Source of the DNA: Frankiaceae bacterium
GTDB taxonomy: Bacteria > Actinomycetota > Actinomycetes > JAFAQI01
DNA: 64,000 nucleotides
Direction of reading: 5' to 3'
Assembly (NCBI GenBank): GCA_019239875.1
Contig: JAFAZI010000031.1
Span: 9,233 to 73,232 of the forward strand
Made by a program: the position numbers and the translations under genes. Below, one piece after another: positions 1 through 9,517 of the stretch (positions are counted from its first letter, which is position 1; every line of letters starts with the position of its first letter). The notes below the pieces were generated by a model. That model did not search any database. It had not been told where the DNA came from and was given only the letters and a program-made list of their open reading frames with translations.

Positions 1-48
1 GCCGGTTCACTAGGTCCTTTCAGGTTCGCTCAGCATCACTCGATACGT

Positions 49-864
49 TTGCGCGTCGTGACCCGCCGAGACGAGCCGACCGTGCGAGCGCGAGTGATCG
101 GCGGCGTTGCCGCCAGCGCATTGCTGGCGGTTGCCGGGTGCAGCAACGGGTCGAGTTCCGCCGCCCCGCGCCCGAGCACGTCGTCGTCACCCAGTACGTC
201 GTCGGTGCCAAGCGTTACTTCGAGCCCTTCACCGTCGTCCTCGACTGGTTCGCCGTCACCGTCGTCCCCGCCCCCGGCCGCCGATCCGCAACTCGCGCAC
301 ATGTTGCTGACCCAGGCCGAGGTGACGTCCGCCAGCAAGCAGCAGGTGATCATCCATCTCTTCACGGGCGGGACGAGCGTGACGGACCAGCCGACGCTGG
401 ACGAGTGCGGGGCGACCTACCCGAGCGAGTCCAAGCGCGACGCTCGGATCCAGGTCGGCTACGTCACGGTCGACGCAACGGGACAACAGACGCAGTCGGC
501 AAGCAACGAGGTCGTGCGCTACGAGCTCGGCGGCACCGATCAGGCATACCGCGAGCTCGCCACGGCGATCCGGACCTGCCCGCCCCGAGTCCCGCTCGGC
601 AAGGGCACTGTCGTGTCACACCTTCGTGTCCTGCCCGTCGATCCGCAGCTCGTGACCCGGCAGCGCACCGTCGTCGCACAGATCACGTCCAAGGGGCAGC
701 CGATCTGGTTTGCCGCGACGTTCCTCTTTGACGGCGATCTGTTCGACGGCGTGTACACCTACGACGCCAGCAAGTCCGTGGCCATCCGCGTCGACCGTGC
801 GCTCGCGCGCACGGCGAACCAACGCCTCCGCGCCGCCCTCGCCTCGGAGGGCACTGCTACGTGA
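49..864 (+). CDS. putative lipoprotein with Ser/Pro-rich linker and a C-terminal domain of unknown function
   Basis: 271-aa ORF. N-terminal hydrophobic segment ends in a lipobox-like LAVAGC, followed by a long S/P/T low-complexity stretch and a ~170-aa globular part. The true start may be an internal GTG/ATG. Confidence 0.5.
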   Translation: MRVVTRRDEPTVRARVIGGVAASALLAVAGCSNGSSSAAPRPSTSSSPSTSSVPSVTSSPSPSSSTGSPSPSSPPPAADPQLAHMLLTQAEVTSASKQQVIIHLFTGGTSVTDQPTLDECGATYPSESKRDARIQVGYVTVDATGQQTQSASNEVVRYELGGTDQAYRELATAIRTCPPRVPLGKGTVVSHLRVLPVDPQLVTRQRTVVAQITSKGQPIWFAATFLFDGDLFDGVYTYDASKSVAIRVDRALARTANQRLRAALASEGTAT

Positions 865-1252
865 CGGTCTGCGCGGCGTAATAGCGGTTGCCGTCGAGGT
901 CGCGGAACAGGAACGACCGGTAGTGCGGCGACGTGACGATCTCGCTACAGGTGACGCCGTGGCTCAGCAGGTCGGCACGGATCTCATCGGCGTCGCGATC
1001 CACGACCAGGTTGATCGTCGTGCTCTCGGCGCCGGGAGGTGCCGGTTCGAGGGCCGCTTCGATGGGTTCGAGGACGACGAGGGCGCCGGCGATCTGGTAG
1101 GTCGCGAAGCGATGCCCATCGGTGCCCGTGAAGATCGGCTCGAGGCCGAGCACGTCGCCGTACCAGGCGATGGCGGCGTCGAGGTCCGCCGCGTACAACG
1201 TCGTGGCGGCGACGCTGACCGTGCCGAGCGGACCAGGTAGTGCGCTTGCCAC
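857..1252 (-). CDS. VOC family protein (glyoxalase/bleomycin-resistance/dioxygenase fold)
   Basis: 131-aa ORF with typical VOC-fold sequence features (YGDVLGLEP...FRDLDGN). Confidence 0.65.
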   Translation of the reverse strand: MASALPGPLGTVSVAATTLYAADLDAAIAWYGDVLGLEPIFTGTDGHRFATYQIAGALVVLEPIEAALEPAPPGAESTTINLVVDRDADEIRADLLSHGVTCSEIVTSPHYRSFLFRDLDGNRYYAAQTVT

Positions 1253-1354
1253 CCCGTGACCATAGCGCCCGCCACCCGCAGACCTGTCAGCGTTTGCGGT
1301 CGCTATGGCGACCTCTGGTGCTGACAGGTCGAGCTGGTTGCTGACGCTCGTCGC

Positions 1355-1936
1355 CTACCGGGCGGGACGGGTGGTGACCGAACGGCGCGGCGCGGTCTTG
1401 TGCGACGCAGGCGCGGCGGGGACGGTGCTCGCGGGAACGAAATATCCACTGACGACTGCGCTGCCGTTATCCGTGACGGTAGCCAGCGTCAGGCCCTGAC
1501 CACCCCTGACGACCAGGCCAGATGGGAACGACTGCGTGGACGACTGATCCGTGGGTGAGACCGCAGCCGTGAGGAATTGGGCGCAGTCGCCCGAGTAAAG
1601 GTCGAGCTCGCCGGGGCTCGTCGCGGGATGGTTGAAGAACGTCACAGCGGTGATGACCAGTGCCTTGCCAGCCGGCGGCATATAAGAAGGCGTGCAGCTG
1701 CCGCCGCCGTAGAGAAAGACGTTGAACAGGTTGGTGGGGACGGCAGGGACCGCGAGGAGCTGACCGGAGTTGGTCACCTTCGCCAGGTTCGTGCCGCCGC
1801 CGCCCTGAATTGCCACAACGGTCGCTGTCGCGGCATACGCCGTACCACTCAGCGCCACCACGAGGGCGCCAATGCCGATGATCACACCTGCCGACGGACG
1901 CCTGAACGATGTGCGCATGATTTCCCCCGATGTCAT
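1355..1936 (-). CDS. secreted hypothetical protein
   Basis: 193-aa ORF with an N-terminal signal peptide (VIIGIGALVVALSGTAYA) and Gly/Thr-rich mature region. I recognise no domain. Confidence 0.5.
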   Translation of the reverse strand: MTSGEIMRTSFRRPSAGVIIGIGALVVALSGTAYAATATVVAIQGGGGTNLAKVTNSGQLLAVPAVPTNLFNVFLYGGGSCTPSYMPPAGKALVITAVTFFNHPATSPGELDLYSGDCAQFLTAAVSPTDQSSTQSFPSGLVVRGGQGLTLATVTDNGSAVVSGYFVPASTVPAAPASHKTAPRRSVTTRPAR

Positions 1937-1990
1937 GACTGACGAGTGTTGCGATCTCCGGCATGCTAACCCGTCGCGCCGCTTCCCCCG

Positions 1991-2902
1991 TCAGCCCGTG
2001 AGCAGGTCCGGGCGCAGCGCCTCGACCATGCGACGGAAGCCGTCCTTCCAGTGCACGGTCGAGTGGCCGACCAGCTCGTGCATCTTGTCGAGATTCAGCT
2101 CGACACTCTGCAGGGAGTTCTCGGACACGACCAGGTTCGCTGGGAGGCCGGTCAGCTCGGAGAGGTACGCGGTCCACTCCTCGACGCTGACCTTCTCGTC
2201 ACCGCCCCAGTTCACGATGGTGGCGGGGACACTCGCGATCTCGATGAGGCGCGGGATAGTCGCCACGATGTCGTCCGTGTGCAACGGCTGGAAGACGCTT
2301 GGCGCATCCGCGTGGATGGCGATGTCCTGGCCGGCTTCCATCATCGCGAGATGGATGAAGGGCCAGCCGCCGCCGTCGCCGTAGGGGACGTTGAGGCGGG
2401 CGATCGTGGTCGGCAGGTCGTAGCGGCGAGCCGCGTACCGGACCGCCGACTCCGCTGCGATCTTCGAGATCGAGTACGTCGGGAGGAAGTACGCGCGATG
2501 GTTGTCGCCGAGCGGCGAGTCCTCGTGAAACTCGGTGTGGCCGTCGGGCTGGTAGACCGCCGTCGTGGAGCAGTGGAAGAACGCCTTCGCCTGGTGGTAG
2601 CGCTCCATCAGCGTGAGCACTCCGCCGACGTTGCCGTCGAGGTCGACGCCCCACTTCTGGCTCTTCACGACGGCGAAGTGCAGGACGTAGTCGACCGACT
2701 GCGGCAGGTCGCTGACGTCGGCGTTGACAAGGTCAGCACGGACCGTCGTGATGCCGTGGGACTCGAAGAGTTCCCGCGCGGCGGCGTCGCGCCACCGCGC
2801 CGCGCCGTACACCGTGTTCTCCTTCGCCAGCGAGATCGCGACCGGCTTGGCGACCTCGCTGGTGATCCCCGTCACGAGGACGGTGGCACCGGAGACGCTC
2901 AC
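1991..2902 (-). CDS. NAD-dependent epimerase/dehydratase family protein (extended SDR)
   Basis: N-terminal Rossmann motif VLVTGITSEVAKPV. The TYSISK segment resembles the catalytic YxxxK. Its start overlaps the upstream stop (ATGA). Confidence 0.75.
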   Translation of the reverse strand: MSVSGATVLVTGITSEVAKPVAISLAKENTVYGAARWRDAAARELFESHGITTVRADLVNADVSDLPQSVDYVLHFAVVKSQKWGVDLDGNVGGVLTLMERYHQAKAFFHCSTTAVYQPDGHTEFHEDSPLGDNHRAYFLPTYSISKIAAESAVRYAARRYDLPTTIARLNVPYGDGGGWPFIHLAMMEAGQDIAIHADAPSVFQPLHTDDIVATIPRLIEIASVPATIVNWGGDEKVSVEEWTAYLSELTGLPANLVVSENSLQSVELNLDKMHELVGHSTVHWKDGFRRMVEALRPDLLTG

Positions 2903-4005
2903 GGCCCGACCGAACCGAGATCGGTGAACCCGCTCGGCGTGTGCTTGCCGATCGTGCCGTGCTCGAACAGGCCCCAGCCGACGTCGTCACCGATCTGAGC
3001 CCGGCCGACGTGGTCGATGACACCCCACGGTGACCTGGCGTCGACGGCAGGATCGGTGAAGTCATAGGTCGCGCCCTCGACCCAGTCCCGGCCTCGCCAC
3101 TGGCCGTGGGTCCAGTCCGGGTCCCCGCCGTACCCGCATCCCACGTGCAGCGGTACGGCGAGTAGCGCGTCGACCTCCATCACGAGCGGCCGGCCATCCG
3201 GCTCGGTCAGCTCGACCCGGGCGTGCTCGGGGATCCGGGTGCCGGAGCGGTAGGTGATCGTCACGCGCGGCCACCCGAGTTGCTCGGTCCGGCCATCGGG
3301 CAGGATGCGCACGGCGTCGTTCAAGGTTCGATGCCCGTTGCCGTCCTCCTGGACGATGATCATGATCGAGTAGTCATCGAAGCGGACCGGGATGTAGAGC
3401 CAGTAGAAGCCGAAGTCATCGGCGTTGTCGGCCGGGCGGCCCGCCGGCTCGGCGTCGCCGACCGGGCGGATCCCCCACGACCGGTCGCGAGAGCCCACCC
3501 AGACCGCCGGGTCGACCGTGATGGTCTCGCCGTCCATCCGGATCTCGCCCTCCCACGAGCCGAGCTGGGCGAACCGCGATGCCTCCACGATCGGGCGAAT
3601 GCCCTGGCGCAGGATGTGGTGCTCCTCGTCGACGGTCGGAAACGAGCCCCGCCACGTCAGGTCGAAGCCCAGCCCGTGGTCGTCGCCGTCGCAGACGAGC
3701 CGGATCTCGTGCAAGGGCTCGACGACCTCGACGCGATACGGGCCGACCGTGACGTTGAGCCGCTCGTCGTCGAGTGCGTCGGAGCACCGGATCACGCGCT
3801 GGGTGGTGCCGCGCCGCACGACGGCGTAGGCGTCCTTGACCCCGAGCTGCGGATAGATGCCGGCACCTGTGATCAGGAAGATGTCACCCGTGCGGTCGTG
3901 GGCGTTGAAGTAGCAGCGGTCGTAGAAGTTGCGGTCGCTGGTGCCGACGTACCTCATCGACAGCGGGGTCTGGTGGACCGGGTATTCGTCCATGGGGACA
4001 GGCAT
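2899..4005 (-). CDS. conserved hypothetical protein (unknown function)
   Basis: The track ORF 2899..4473 has an Arg/Pro-rich, non-protein-like N-terminal 156 aa. I place the start at ATG 4005 (MPVPMDEYPVHQ), 14 bp after the upstream phosphotransferase stop, with a GA-rich RBS. Confidence 0.55.
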   Translation of the reverse strand: MPVPMDEYPVHQTPLSMRYVGTSDRNFYDRCYFNAHDRTGDIFLITGAGIYPQLGVKDAYAVVRRGTTQRVIRCSDALDDERLNVTVGPYRVEVVEPLHEIRLVCDGDDHGLGFDLTWRGSFPTVDEEHHILRQGIRPIVEASRFAQLGSWEGEIRMDGETITVDPAVWVGSRDRSWGIRPVGDAEPAGRPADNADDFGFYWLYIPVRFDDYSIMIIVQEDGNGHRTLNDAVRILPDGRTEQLGWPRVTITYRSGTRIPEHARVELTEPDGRPLVMEVDALLAVPLHVGCGYGGDPDWTHGQWRGRDWVEGATYDFTDPAVDARSPWGVIDHVGRAQIGDDVGWGLFEHGTIGKHTPSGFTDLGSVGP

Positions 4006-4019
4006 TGGCGGGCCTCTTC

Positions 4020-5138
4020 TTAGATACCGGCGAACTCGGGAAGCAGCGACTCGAGATGCATGCTGTTGCGGATCAGCTCCTCGGGCGCGGCCGGCATCTC
4101 GATCTCGCCGAAATGCGCCTGGCGGGTGCCCGTGCGGAGGAACACGATGCCCCACTGAATGGCGGAGTAGACCATGAACCAGTGGAGGTCCCGCGGGGTG
4201 TGGCCGGAGATCTTCTCGTAGTGCCCGGCGACGTCGGTGGGCGTCATGAAGTGCGTCATGCCGGGCAGCTCGAAGAAGCCCGCCAAGGTTTGGAAGACGT
4301 GGTGGGCGTAGATGATCCAGGCGATGTCGAGCTCGGCCGGGCCGAGGCCGGCCATCTCCCAGTCGAGCAGCGCGACCGGGGCGAAGTCGTCGTACAGCAC
4401 ATTGCCGATCCTCGAGTCGCCCCATGACAGGACGGGCTTGCTCTCCTGGGCAGGCCAGTTCGCCTCGAGCCACGCGAAGCCGCGTTCGACGAGCGGAGAG
4501 AAGGCGCCGTCGGCCTTAACCATCTCGTACCAGGCTGCGGTGTTCGCGACGTGCCGCCGCAGGTGGGTGTCGCCTGGTGCGCTGCGCTCGAGGAAGTGGA
4601 ACCGCTCGGTGGGGTTGTCGATCGCGTGCAGCGCCGCGACCGCCTCGACGGTCGAGTCCTGCAGCTTGCGCTGCTGATCGTCGGGTGCGTCGAAGAGCCA
4701 GTTGTCGCCGAAGGTGTAGGGCATCACGTCGGGTGGGACGACGCCGTCGACTCGGCTCATCACGAAGAACGGTGCGCCCATCGGGTCCCGCGAGGTCTCG
4801 CACCACCACGTCTTCGGGACCGGCGCGTCCGTGATCTCGCCGACGCTGCGGATCACGTCGAACTGGCCTTGCATGTCATAGGTCGGGAAGACCGGTACGT
4901 CGTGCTCGTCCGGGGCGACCCGTGCCACCATCCGCTCGTCGTGCGGGCCGTCATCGCCGGACCAGGTGGCGCGGAACAACATGGTGTCGCTGGACATGCC
5001 GTTGGCCTCGGTGCCAGCAAGGTCGGAGACCGACGGCTCGGCATCGGGGCCAAGAGTCTTCGCGAGCCATTGCTCGAGGCGCTGGCGGGTCTCGTCCGGG
5101 TCGCGACTGCTGCGCTGCATCCGCATCGGCTCTGTCAT
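4020..5138 (-). CDS. phosphotransferase enzyme family protein (APH/choline-kinase-like)
   Basis: 372 aa with a typical APH-fold Brenner/catalytic region (LSWGDSRIGNVLYDD...DWEMAGLGPAELDIAW). Its start overlaps the TetR stop (ATGA). Confidence 0.8.
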   Translation of the reverse strand: MTEPMRMQRSSRDPDETRQRLEQWLAKTLGPDAEPSVSDLAGTEANGMSSDTMLFRATWSGDDGPHDERMVARVAPDEHDVPVFPTYDMQGQFDVIRSVGEITDAPVPKTWWCETSRDPMGAPFFVMSRVDGVVPPDVMPYTFGDNWLFDAPDDQQRKLQDSTVEAVAALHAIDNPTERFHFLERSAPGDTHLRRHVANTAAWYEMVKADGAFSPLVERGFAWLEANWPAQESKPVLSWGDSRIGNVLYDDFAPVALLDWEMAGLGPAELDIAWIIYAHHVFQTLAGFFELPGMTHFMTPTDVAGHYEKISGHTPRDLHWFMVYSAIQWGIVFLRTGTRQAHFGEIEMPAAPEELIRNSMHLESLLPEFAGI

Positions 5139-5755
5139 GACGGGCCTACCTTGCTCTCGTCGAGCGTCGTCGTGATCACCTTCGCGACCGCGTGCGCAAA
5201 CGCCTCGGCTCCCTCGGCGCCTTCGTTCAGGGCGCGCGTGAACAGCGCGCCGAGCATGACGTCGAAGAGCTGGTCGGCGTCGACCACCGGATCGCGCCCG
5301 GTCTTGGCGATGTAGTCACGGAACGACGCGCGCATCGGCGTGACGCTTCGCTCCATGCCGCGCTGCCACATCGCGTGGTCGTTCTGGTATTCGACGAGCA
5401 GGCCGGGAATCGCCGCTCGAATCGCCGGGTCAGAGAGGTACTCGAGAATCTGCAGGCAGTACGGCTTGAGGTCGGTGATGACGTCTCCGGTGATCGCTTC
5501 GGGCGCCAACAACCCGCTCGGGAAGACGGCCTCCTCGATCAGCTCCGCCTTGCTCGACCAGCGGCGGTAGACGCTCGGTGCGCTGACTCCCGCCCGGCGC
5601 GCGATCGCCTGGATGGTGGTGGCCTGGTAGCCGTCCTCGACCAGGAGCTCGAGTGTCGCCTTCGCAATCGCGGTGTCGACCCGTGGGTCGCGCGGGCGTC
5701 CGACGCGGGCGGGCTCGTCCGGGGAGATGTCGTCGGTCCGGACCGCCTCGGGCAT
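5135..5755 (-). CDS. TetR/AcrR family transcriptional regulator
   Basis: N-terminal TetR HTH (TTIQAIARRAGVSAPSVYRRWSSKAELIEEAV); 206 aa. Confidence 0.85.
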   Translation of the reverse strand: MPEAVRTDDISPDEPARVGRPRDPRVDTAIAKATLELLVEDGYQATTIQAIARRAGVSAPSVYRRWSSKAELIEEAVFPSGLLAPEAITGDVITDLKPYCLQILEYLSDPAIRAAIPGLLVEYQNDHAMWQRGMERSVTPMRASFRDYIAKTGRDPVVDADQLFDVMLGALFTRALNEGAEGAEAFAHAVAKVITTTLDESKVGPS

Positions 5756-5804
5756 GGGCTGACCCTAAAACGTTTCGTGATGTAACGCAACGGAGTGTTT
5801 TTGC

Positions 5805-6344
5805 TCAGAACAGGGCTGGCTGCCCTTCGAACGCCGCGCCCTCGATGTGCAGCATCCGGATCTTGGTGTGCACGCCGCCGGGCGCCGAGAATCCGACCAG
5901 CTTGCCGCCCGCACCCAGCACCCGATGGCACGGAACGATGATCGGCACCGGGTTGCGGCCGAGTGCCTGCCCGACCTCGCGGGCGGCGTGCGGCTGGCCG
6001 AGCTGCCTGGCGATCTCGCCGTACGTCGTCGTCTCACCCGGTCCGACGGTGCGGGTGATCTCCCACACCTGTCGAGAAAAATCCGAGGCCTCACCGAAGT
6101 CGATCGCCACATCGCGCAGGTCATCAGCCGACTCGCCTGCCAGAAGGCGCACCATGCGGTCGATGGCTTGTTGGATCGGTGATGGCGGCGGCAGCGGCTC
6201 GCCGTCGCCATGTCGCTTGCGAAGCTCGCCGGCGATGCCCAGCTCCGAGTGCGAGGGCAACATCACCGAGCGAATCCCGTCGTCGCCCCACGCGACGCCG
6301 CACTCGCCGATCGCTGTGTGGAATCCCGTCATGCCCAACGTCAT
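5805..6344 (-). CDS. ogt: methylated-DNA--protein-cysteine methyltransferase
   Basis: PCHRV active-site motif and MGMT-type helix-turn-helix (TTYGEIARQLGQP...NPVPIIVPCHRVLGAGG). The long track ORF 5805..6860 has an implausible N-terminal extension. The start is placed at ATG 6344 (alternative 6332). Confidence 0.8.
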   Translation of the reverse strand: MTLGMTGFHTAIGECGVAWGDDGIRSVMLPSHSELGIAGELRKRHGDGEPLPPPSPIQQAIDRMVRLLAGESADDLRDVAIDFGEASDFSRQVWEITRTVGPGETTTYGEIARQLGQPHAAREVGQALGRNPVPIIVPCHRVLGAGGKLVGFSAPGGVHTKIRMLHIEGAAFEGQPALF

Positions 6345-6407
6345 GGCGTCACCGTAGTGAGCGGCACTGACATCTTCGGGTGACTCGCGCACTGGCAGAA
6401 ATGAGGG

Positions 6408-6896
6408 ATGGCGCTCGGGCCCGATCCGGTCCACGATGAGCCGATGGAGCAGCGCATCGACATCGTCACGCTGGGTGTCCACGACGTGAAGGCGGCGCGT
6501 GAGTTCTACGTCGAAGGACTCGGGTGGGAGATCGCGCTCGAAGTTCCCGGTGACATCGTCTTCGTCCAGGTGAACCACGGACTGCTGCTCGCGTTCTTCG
6601 GGGCCGAGGATCTGGCCGCCGACGTGTCCGCGGGACAGCGAAGCGATCCGGCCGCCCATCCGCCGCCGATGAGCCTTGCGCAGGTCGTCACCGACGAGGA
6701 CGAGGTCGTGGCGGTCTGCGAGCGGGCCCGTGCCGCCGGCGCCACGATCCTCAAGGAGCCGCAGGCCGCGGACTTCGGCGGCTTCCACTGCTACTTCGCC
6801 GACCCGTCCGGCTTCCACTGGGAGGTCTCGACCAATCCCGGCTGGCAGGTCGACGAGCATGGCCGCGTGACGATCGGCACGGTCGACACCGCCTGA
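6408..6896 (+). CDS. VOC family protein (glyoxalase-like)
   Basis: VOC-fold features (IVTLGVHDVKAAREFYVEGLGWE...FHCYFADPSGFHWEV). An alternative start at ATG 6444 (MEQRIDIV) is possible. Confidence 0.7.
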   Translation: MALGPDPVHDEPMEQRIDIVTLGVHDVKAAREFYVEGLGWEIALEVPGDIVFVQVNHGLLLAFFGAEDLAADVSAGQRSDPAAHPPPMSLAQVVTDEDEVVAVCERARAAGATILKEPQAADFGGFHCYFADPSGFHWEVSTNPGWQVDEHGRVTIGTVDTA

Positions 6897-6949
6897 GAGC
6901 TGTCCGAAGCAGGCGTGGCTATGACCCCGCCACCGCCGGACAACACTCG

Positions 6950-8203
6950 TCAGCCGGTGGGCAGGGAGCGGAGCCGCGATTCGAGGAAGTCGCGCTCGAC
7001 GGCGTTGTCGGTGAGCGCGATCGCGTCGAGGTACGCCGCCCTGGCATCGTCGGCTCGCCCGACGCGGCGCAGGAAATCCGCCCGCGCCGCCGGCAGGTAG
7101 CGGTATCCGGCGAGCTCCGGCTCAGCTGCCAGCGCGTCGACGGCGGCAAGCCCAGCCGCCGGACCACGCGCCATCCCGACCGCGACCGCGCGGTTGAGAG
7201 CGACCACCGGCGACGGCCACACGGCACAGAGCTGGTCGTAGAGCTCGACCACCTCCTCCCAGTCGGTGTCCGCCCACGTCGGCGCCGCGGCATGGACGGC
7301 GGCGATCGCCGCCTGTAAGGCGTACCGCCCGGGTGGGCGGTGGTCGGACGCTTCGCGCACCAGCAGCAAACCCTCGCGGATCTCGCTCTGGTTCCACTGC
7401 GACCGGTCCTGTTCCTCCAGCAGGAGCAGCCGCCCGGTGCGGTCGACCCGAGTGTTCCGCCGAGCATCGGTCAGCAGGATCAGCGCGAGCAGGCCGGCGA
7501 CGTCCGGATGGCTCGGCAACAATGCCCGCAGCATTCGCGCGAGCTCCAGTGCCCGCTCGACGAGGTCACGGCGGACGAGGTCTGCGCCCACTGGCGCCGT
7601 GTGTCCGGTCGTGAAGACCAGGTGGACGACGCCGAGGACGGCGGCAAGCCGCTCGGGCAGCTCGTCGGCCGGCGGCACGCGGTACGGGATCTTGGCCGCG
7701 GCGATCTTCTGCTTCGCCCGGGTCAACCGCGCTGCCATCGTCGGCTCGGAGACGAGGAAGGCACGGGCTACCTCCGCCGTGCTCAACCCGCAGAGCAGGC
7801 GCAGCGTCAACGCCAGCTGGGCTTCGACGGCCAACGCCGGATGACAGCACGTGCAGATCAGTCGGAGCCGCTCGTCGGGGATCTCGTCGCCACCGACGGC
7901 CTCGGCAACGTCCGCGACAAGCTCGTCGGGCACGAGCTTGGGCAGCGCGCGTTGCGCGGTGGCATCTCGGCGATGCAGGTCGAGGGCACGGCGCCGAGCG
8001 ACGGTGGTCAGCCACGCGCCCGGCTTGGCAGGGATGCCGCGGGCCTCCCACTGCTGCAGGGCCTGGGCGTACGCGTCTTGCACGCACTCCTCGGCGCGGT
8101 CGATGTTGCCGGCGACGCGCACCGTCGCGGCGAGGACGAATCCCCACTCGCGACGGTGAGCCTCGGCGACAGCGGCCGCGACCTCGGTCTGGGTGCGTGG
8201 CAC
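6950..8203 (-). CDS. ECF-type RNA polymerase sigma-70 factor with long C-terminal (DUF6596/TPR-like) extension
   Basis: Sigma-70 region 2 (REWGFVLAATVRVAGNIDRAEECVQDAYAQAL) and region 4 (TAEVARAFLVSEPTMAARLTRAKQKI), followed by a ~200-aa extension. I place the start at GTG 8203; the track ATG at 8326 would add an S/R-rich junk N-terminus. Confidence 0.7.
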   Translation of the reverse strand: MPRTQTEVAAAVAEAHRREWGFVLAATVRVAGNIDRAEECVQDAYAQALQQWEARGIPAKPGAWLTTVARRRALDLHRRDATAQRALPKLVPDELVADVAEAVGGDEIPDERLRLICTCCHPALAVEAQLALTLRLLCGLSTAEVARAFLVSEPTMAARLTRAKQKIAAAKIPYRVPPADELPERLAAVLGVVHLVFTTGHTAPVGADLVRRDLVERALELARMLRALLPSHPDVAGLLALILLTDARRNTRVDRTGRLLLLEEQDRSQWNQSEIREGLLLVREASDHRPPGRYALQAAIAAVHAAAPTWADTDWEEVVELYDQLCAVWPSPVVALNRAVAVGMARGPAAGLAAVDALAAEPELAGYRYLPAARADFLRRVGRADDARAAYLDAIALTDNAVERDFLESRLRSLPTG

Positions 8204-8210
8204 GTTTGGC

Positions 8211-8549
8211 TCAGGAGTCGAAGACCATGATCGGGCGGAGCTCGACGGCGCCGTACTTCGCGGGGACCTGCTTCGCGATCGAGATCGCCTCGTCGAGATC
8301 CGCGGCCTCGATGAGGTAGTAGCCACCGAGGGCTTCCTTGGTCTCCCCGAACGGTCCGTCCGTCACGACACCGTCGCGGATCGTGGTCGCCGTCGCCGTC
8401 GGCTGCAGGGCGTTGCCCCCCACCAGCTTCGGCCCGTTGTTCTCGCCGAACTTCATGTGTGCGGCATAGACCTCGGCGTGCACCTCGGCGGCGCCCGGAC
8501 CTTCGAACGGCGCCTCGTCCTCGTAGATCAGGATCAGGTACTGCGACAT
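8211..8549 (-). CDS. YciI-like (Dabb-fold) family protein
   Basis: MSQYLILIYEDE...GGYYLIEAADLDEA is typical of YciI. A strong RBS (GAGAGGAAAG) sits before ATG 8549. It lies 7 bp downstream of the ECF sigma gene. Confidence 0.8.
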   Translation of the reverse strand: MSQYLILIYEDEAPFEGPGAAEVHAEVYAAHMKFGENNGPKLVGGNALQPTATATTIRDGVVTDGPFGETKEALGGYYLIEAADLDEAISIAKQVPAKYGAVELRPIMVFDS

Positions 8550-8645
8550 CTGCTTTCCTCTCGATCGGGGCCCGTAGGTCGAGCCTCTCAATCATTCCGA
8601 CGTGCTGGTCGGACCCAGATCGACAGCGACTGTCGAGAAAGCTTG

Positions 8646-9401
8646 TTACGACGGCACGAAACGGCTGAGCAGTCGCTGCAGGACCGGGTCCTCGGCCGGG
8701 ATCCGGCCGTAGAAGGTCAGGACCATCTCGAGCGTCGGCATCGCCACGACACCGACGTCCCCCGCGACGAGTGCTGCTGCATCGCCGACCACAAGCGTGC
8801 CGTCGTGGATCGCGAACCCGATCGGTTCGTGCTCACCGAGGCGCAGTTCGTACCGCTCGTCGGGGGCGTCGGCGCGCAACCACGCCCCCATCAGCTCACC
8901 TGGCACCATCAGGTGGGCGTCGGCCTCGCTGATCTCCCAGGGTTGGTCGAGGGCGCGCGCCACGTCGTACCCGTGGATCAGGAACTCCCCGAGGACGACG
9001 TGCAGGGCCGGCGTCATCGTCGTCTCGACACCGCCGTGGAAGGGGAACACTCGGTCGTCGGCGATCTTCGGGTAGACGAGATCGAGCGCCGTGTGGACAT
9101 CGGCGCGCAGCAGCTCGGCGAGGGCCGCGGGGTCGCGCTCCTCGAGCTCGTCGAGACAGATCTGGTTGAGGCCGGCGGTCTCCTCCGGGGTCGCGCTGCG
9201 GCGCGGATCGCGATATCCCCGCCGAATCACCGTCAGCACGTGGCCGATCGTCTCGCCGACGGTCCATTCGAGCGGTGGAACGGGGCGTGCCGCGTCAGAC
9301 GGGGTCACGGCCGCCGCCAGCTCGATGAATCGAGCCGACGCGTCGTGCAGTGCGGCCATCACTTCTGCGCGCGTCCCCACGCCGCTGACCGTACTGCCCA
9401 C
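8646..9401 (-). CDS. maleylpyruvate isomerase N-terminal domain protein (DinB_2 / mycothiol-dependent TIGR03083-like)
   Basis: N-terminal DinB-like four-helix region with a His-containing motif (GETIGHVLTV); 251 aa. An alternative start at 9359 is possible. Confidence 0.6.
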   Translation of the reverse strand: MGSTVSGVGTRAEVMAALHDASARFIELAAAVTPSDAARPVPPLEWTVGETIGHVLTVIRRGYRDPRRSATPEETAGLNQICLDELEERDPAALAELLRADVHTALDLVYPKIADDRVFPFHGGVETTMTPALHVVLGEFLIHGYDVARALDQPWEISEADAHLMVPGELMGAWLRADAPDERYELRLGEHEPIGFAIHDGTLVVGDAAALVAGDVGVVAMPTLEMVLTFYGRIPAEDPVLQRLLSRFVPS

Positions 9402-9517
9402 GATTCGTTTCCTCGCAGCGCACGTTGCCGCAAGAAACTCCGATGCACCTACAGACGAATCGGCTCGAGGCGGGCTAGCGTGCCGCCACGGTCAGAACAC
9501 GAAATCAGAGGTACGAC

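Noticed and set aside
2899-4473. 524-aa version of the hypothetical protein ORF
   Set aside because: The first 156 codons are Arg/Pro/Gly-rich, non-protein-like, and overlap the upstream phosphotransferase gene. A good ATG with RBS at 4005 sits just after that gene's stop.
5805-6860. 351-aa ORF containing the MGMT domain
   Set aside because: Only the C-terminal 180 aa resemble ogt. The N-terminal 170 aa are antisense to the VOC gene at 6408..6896 and look like GC-frame noise.
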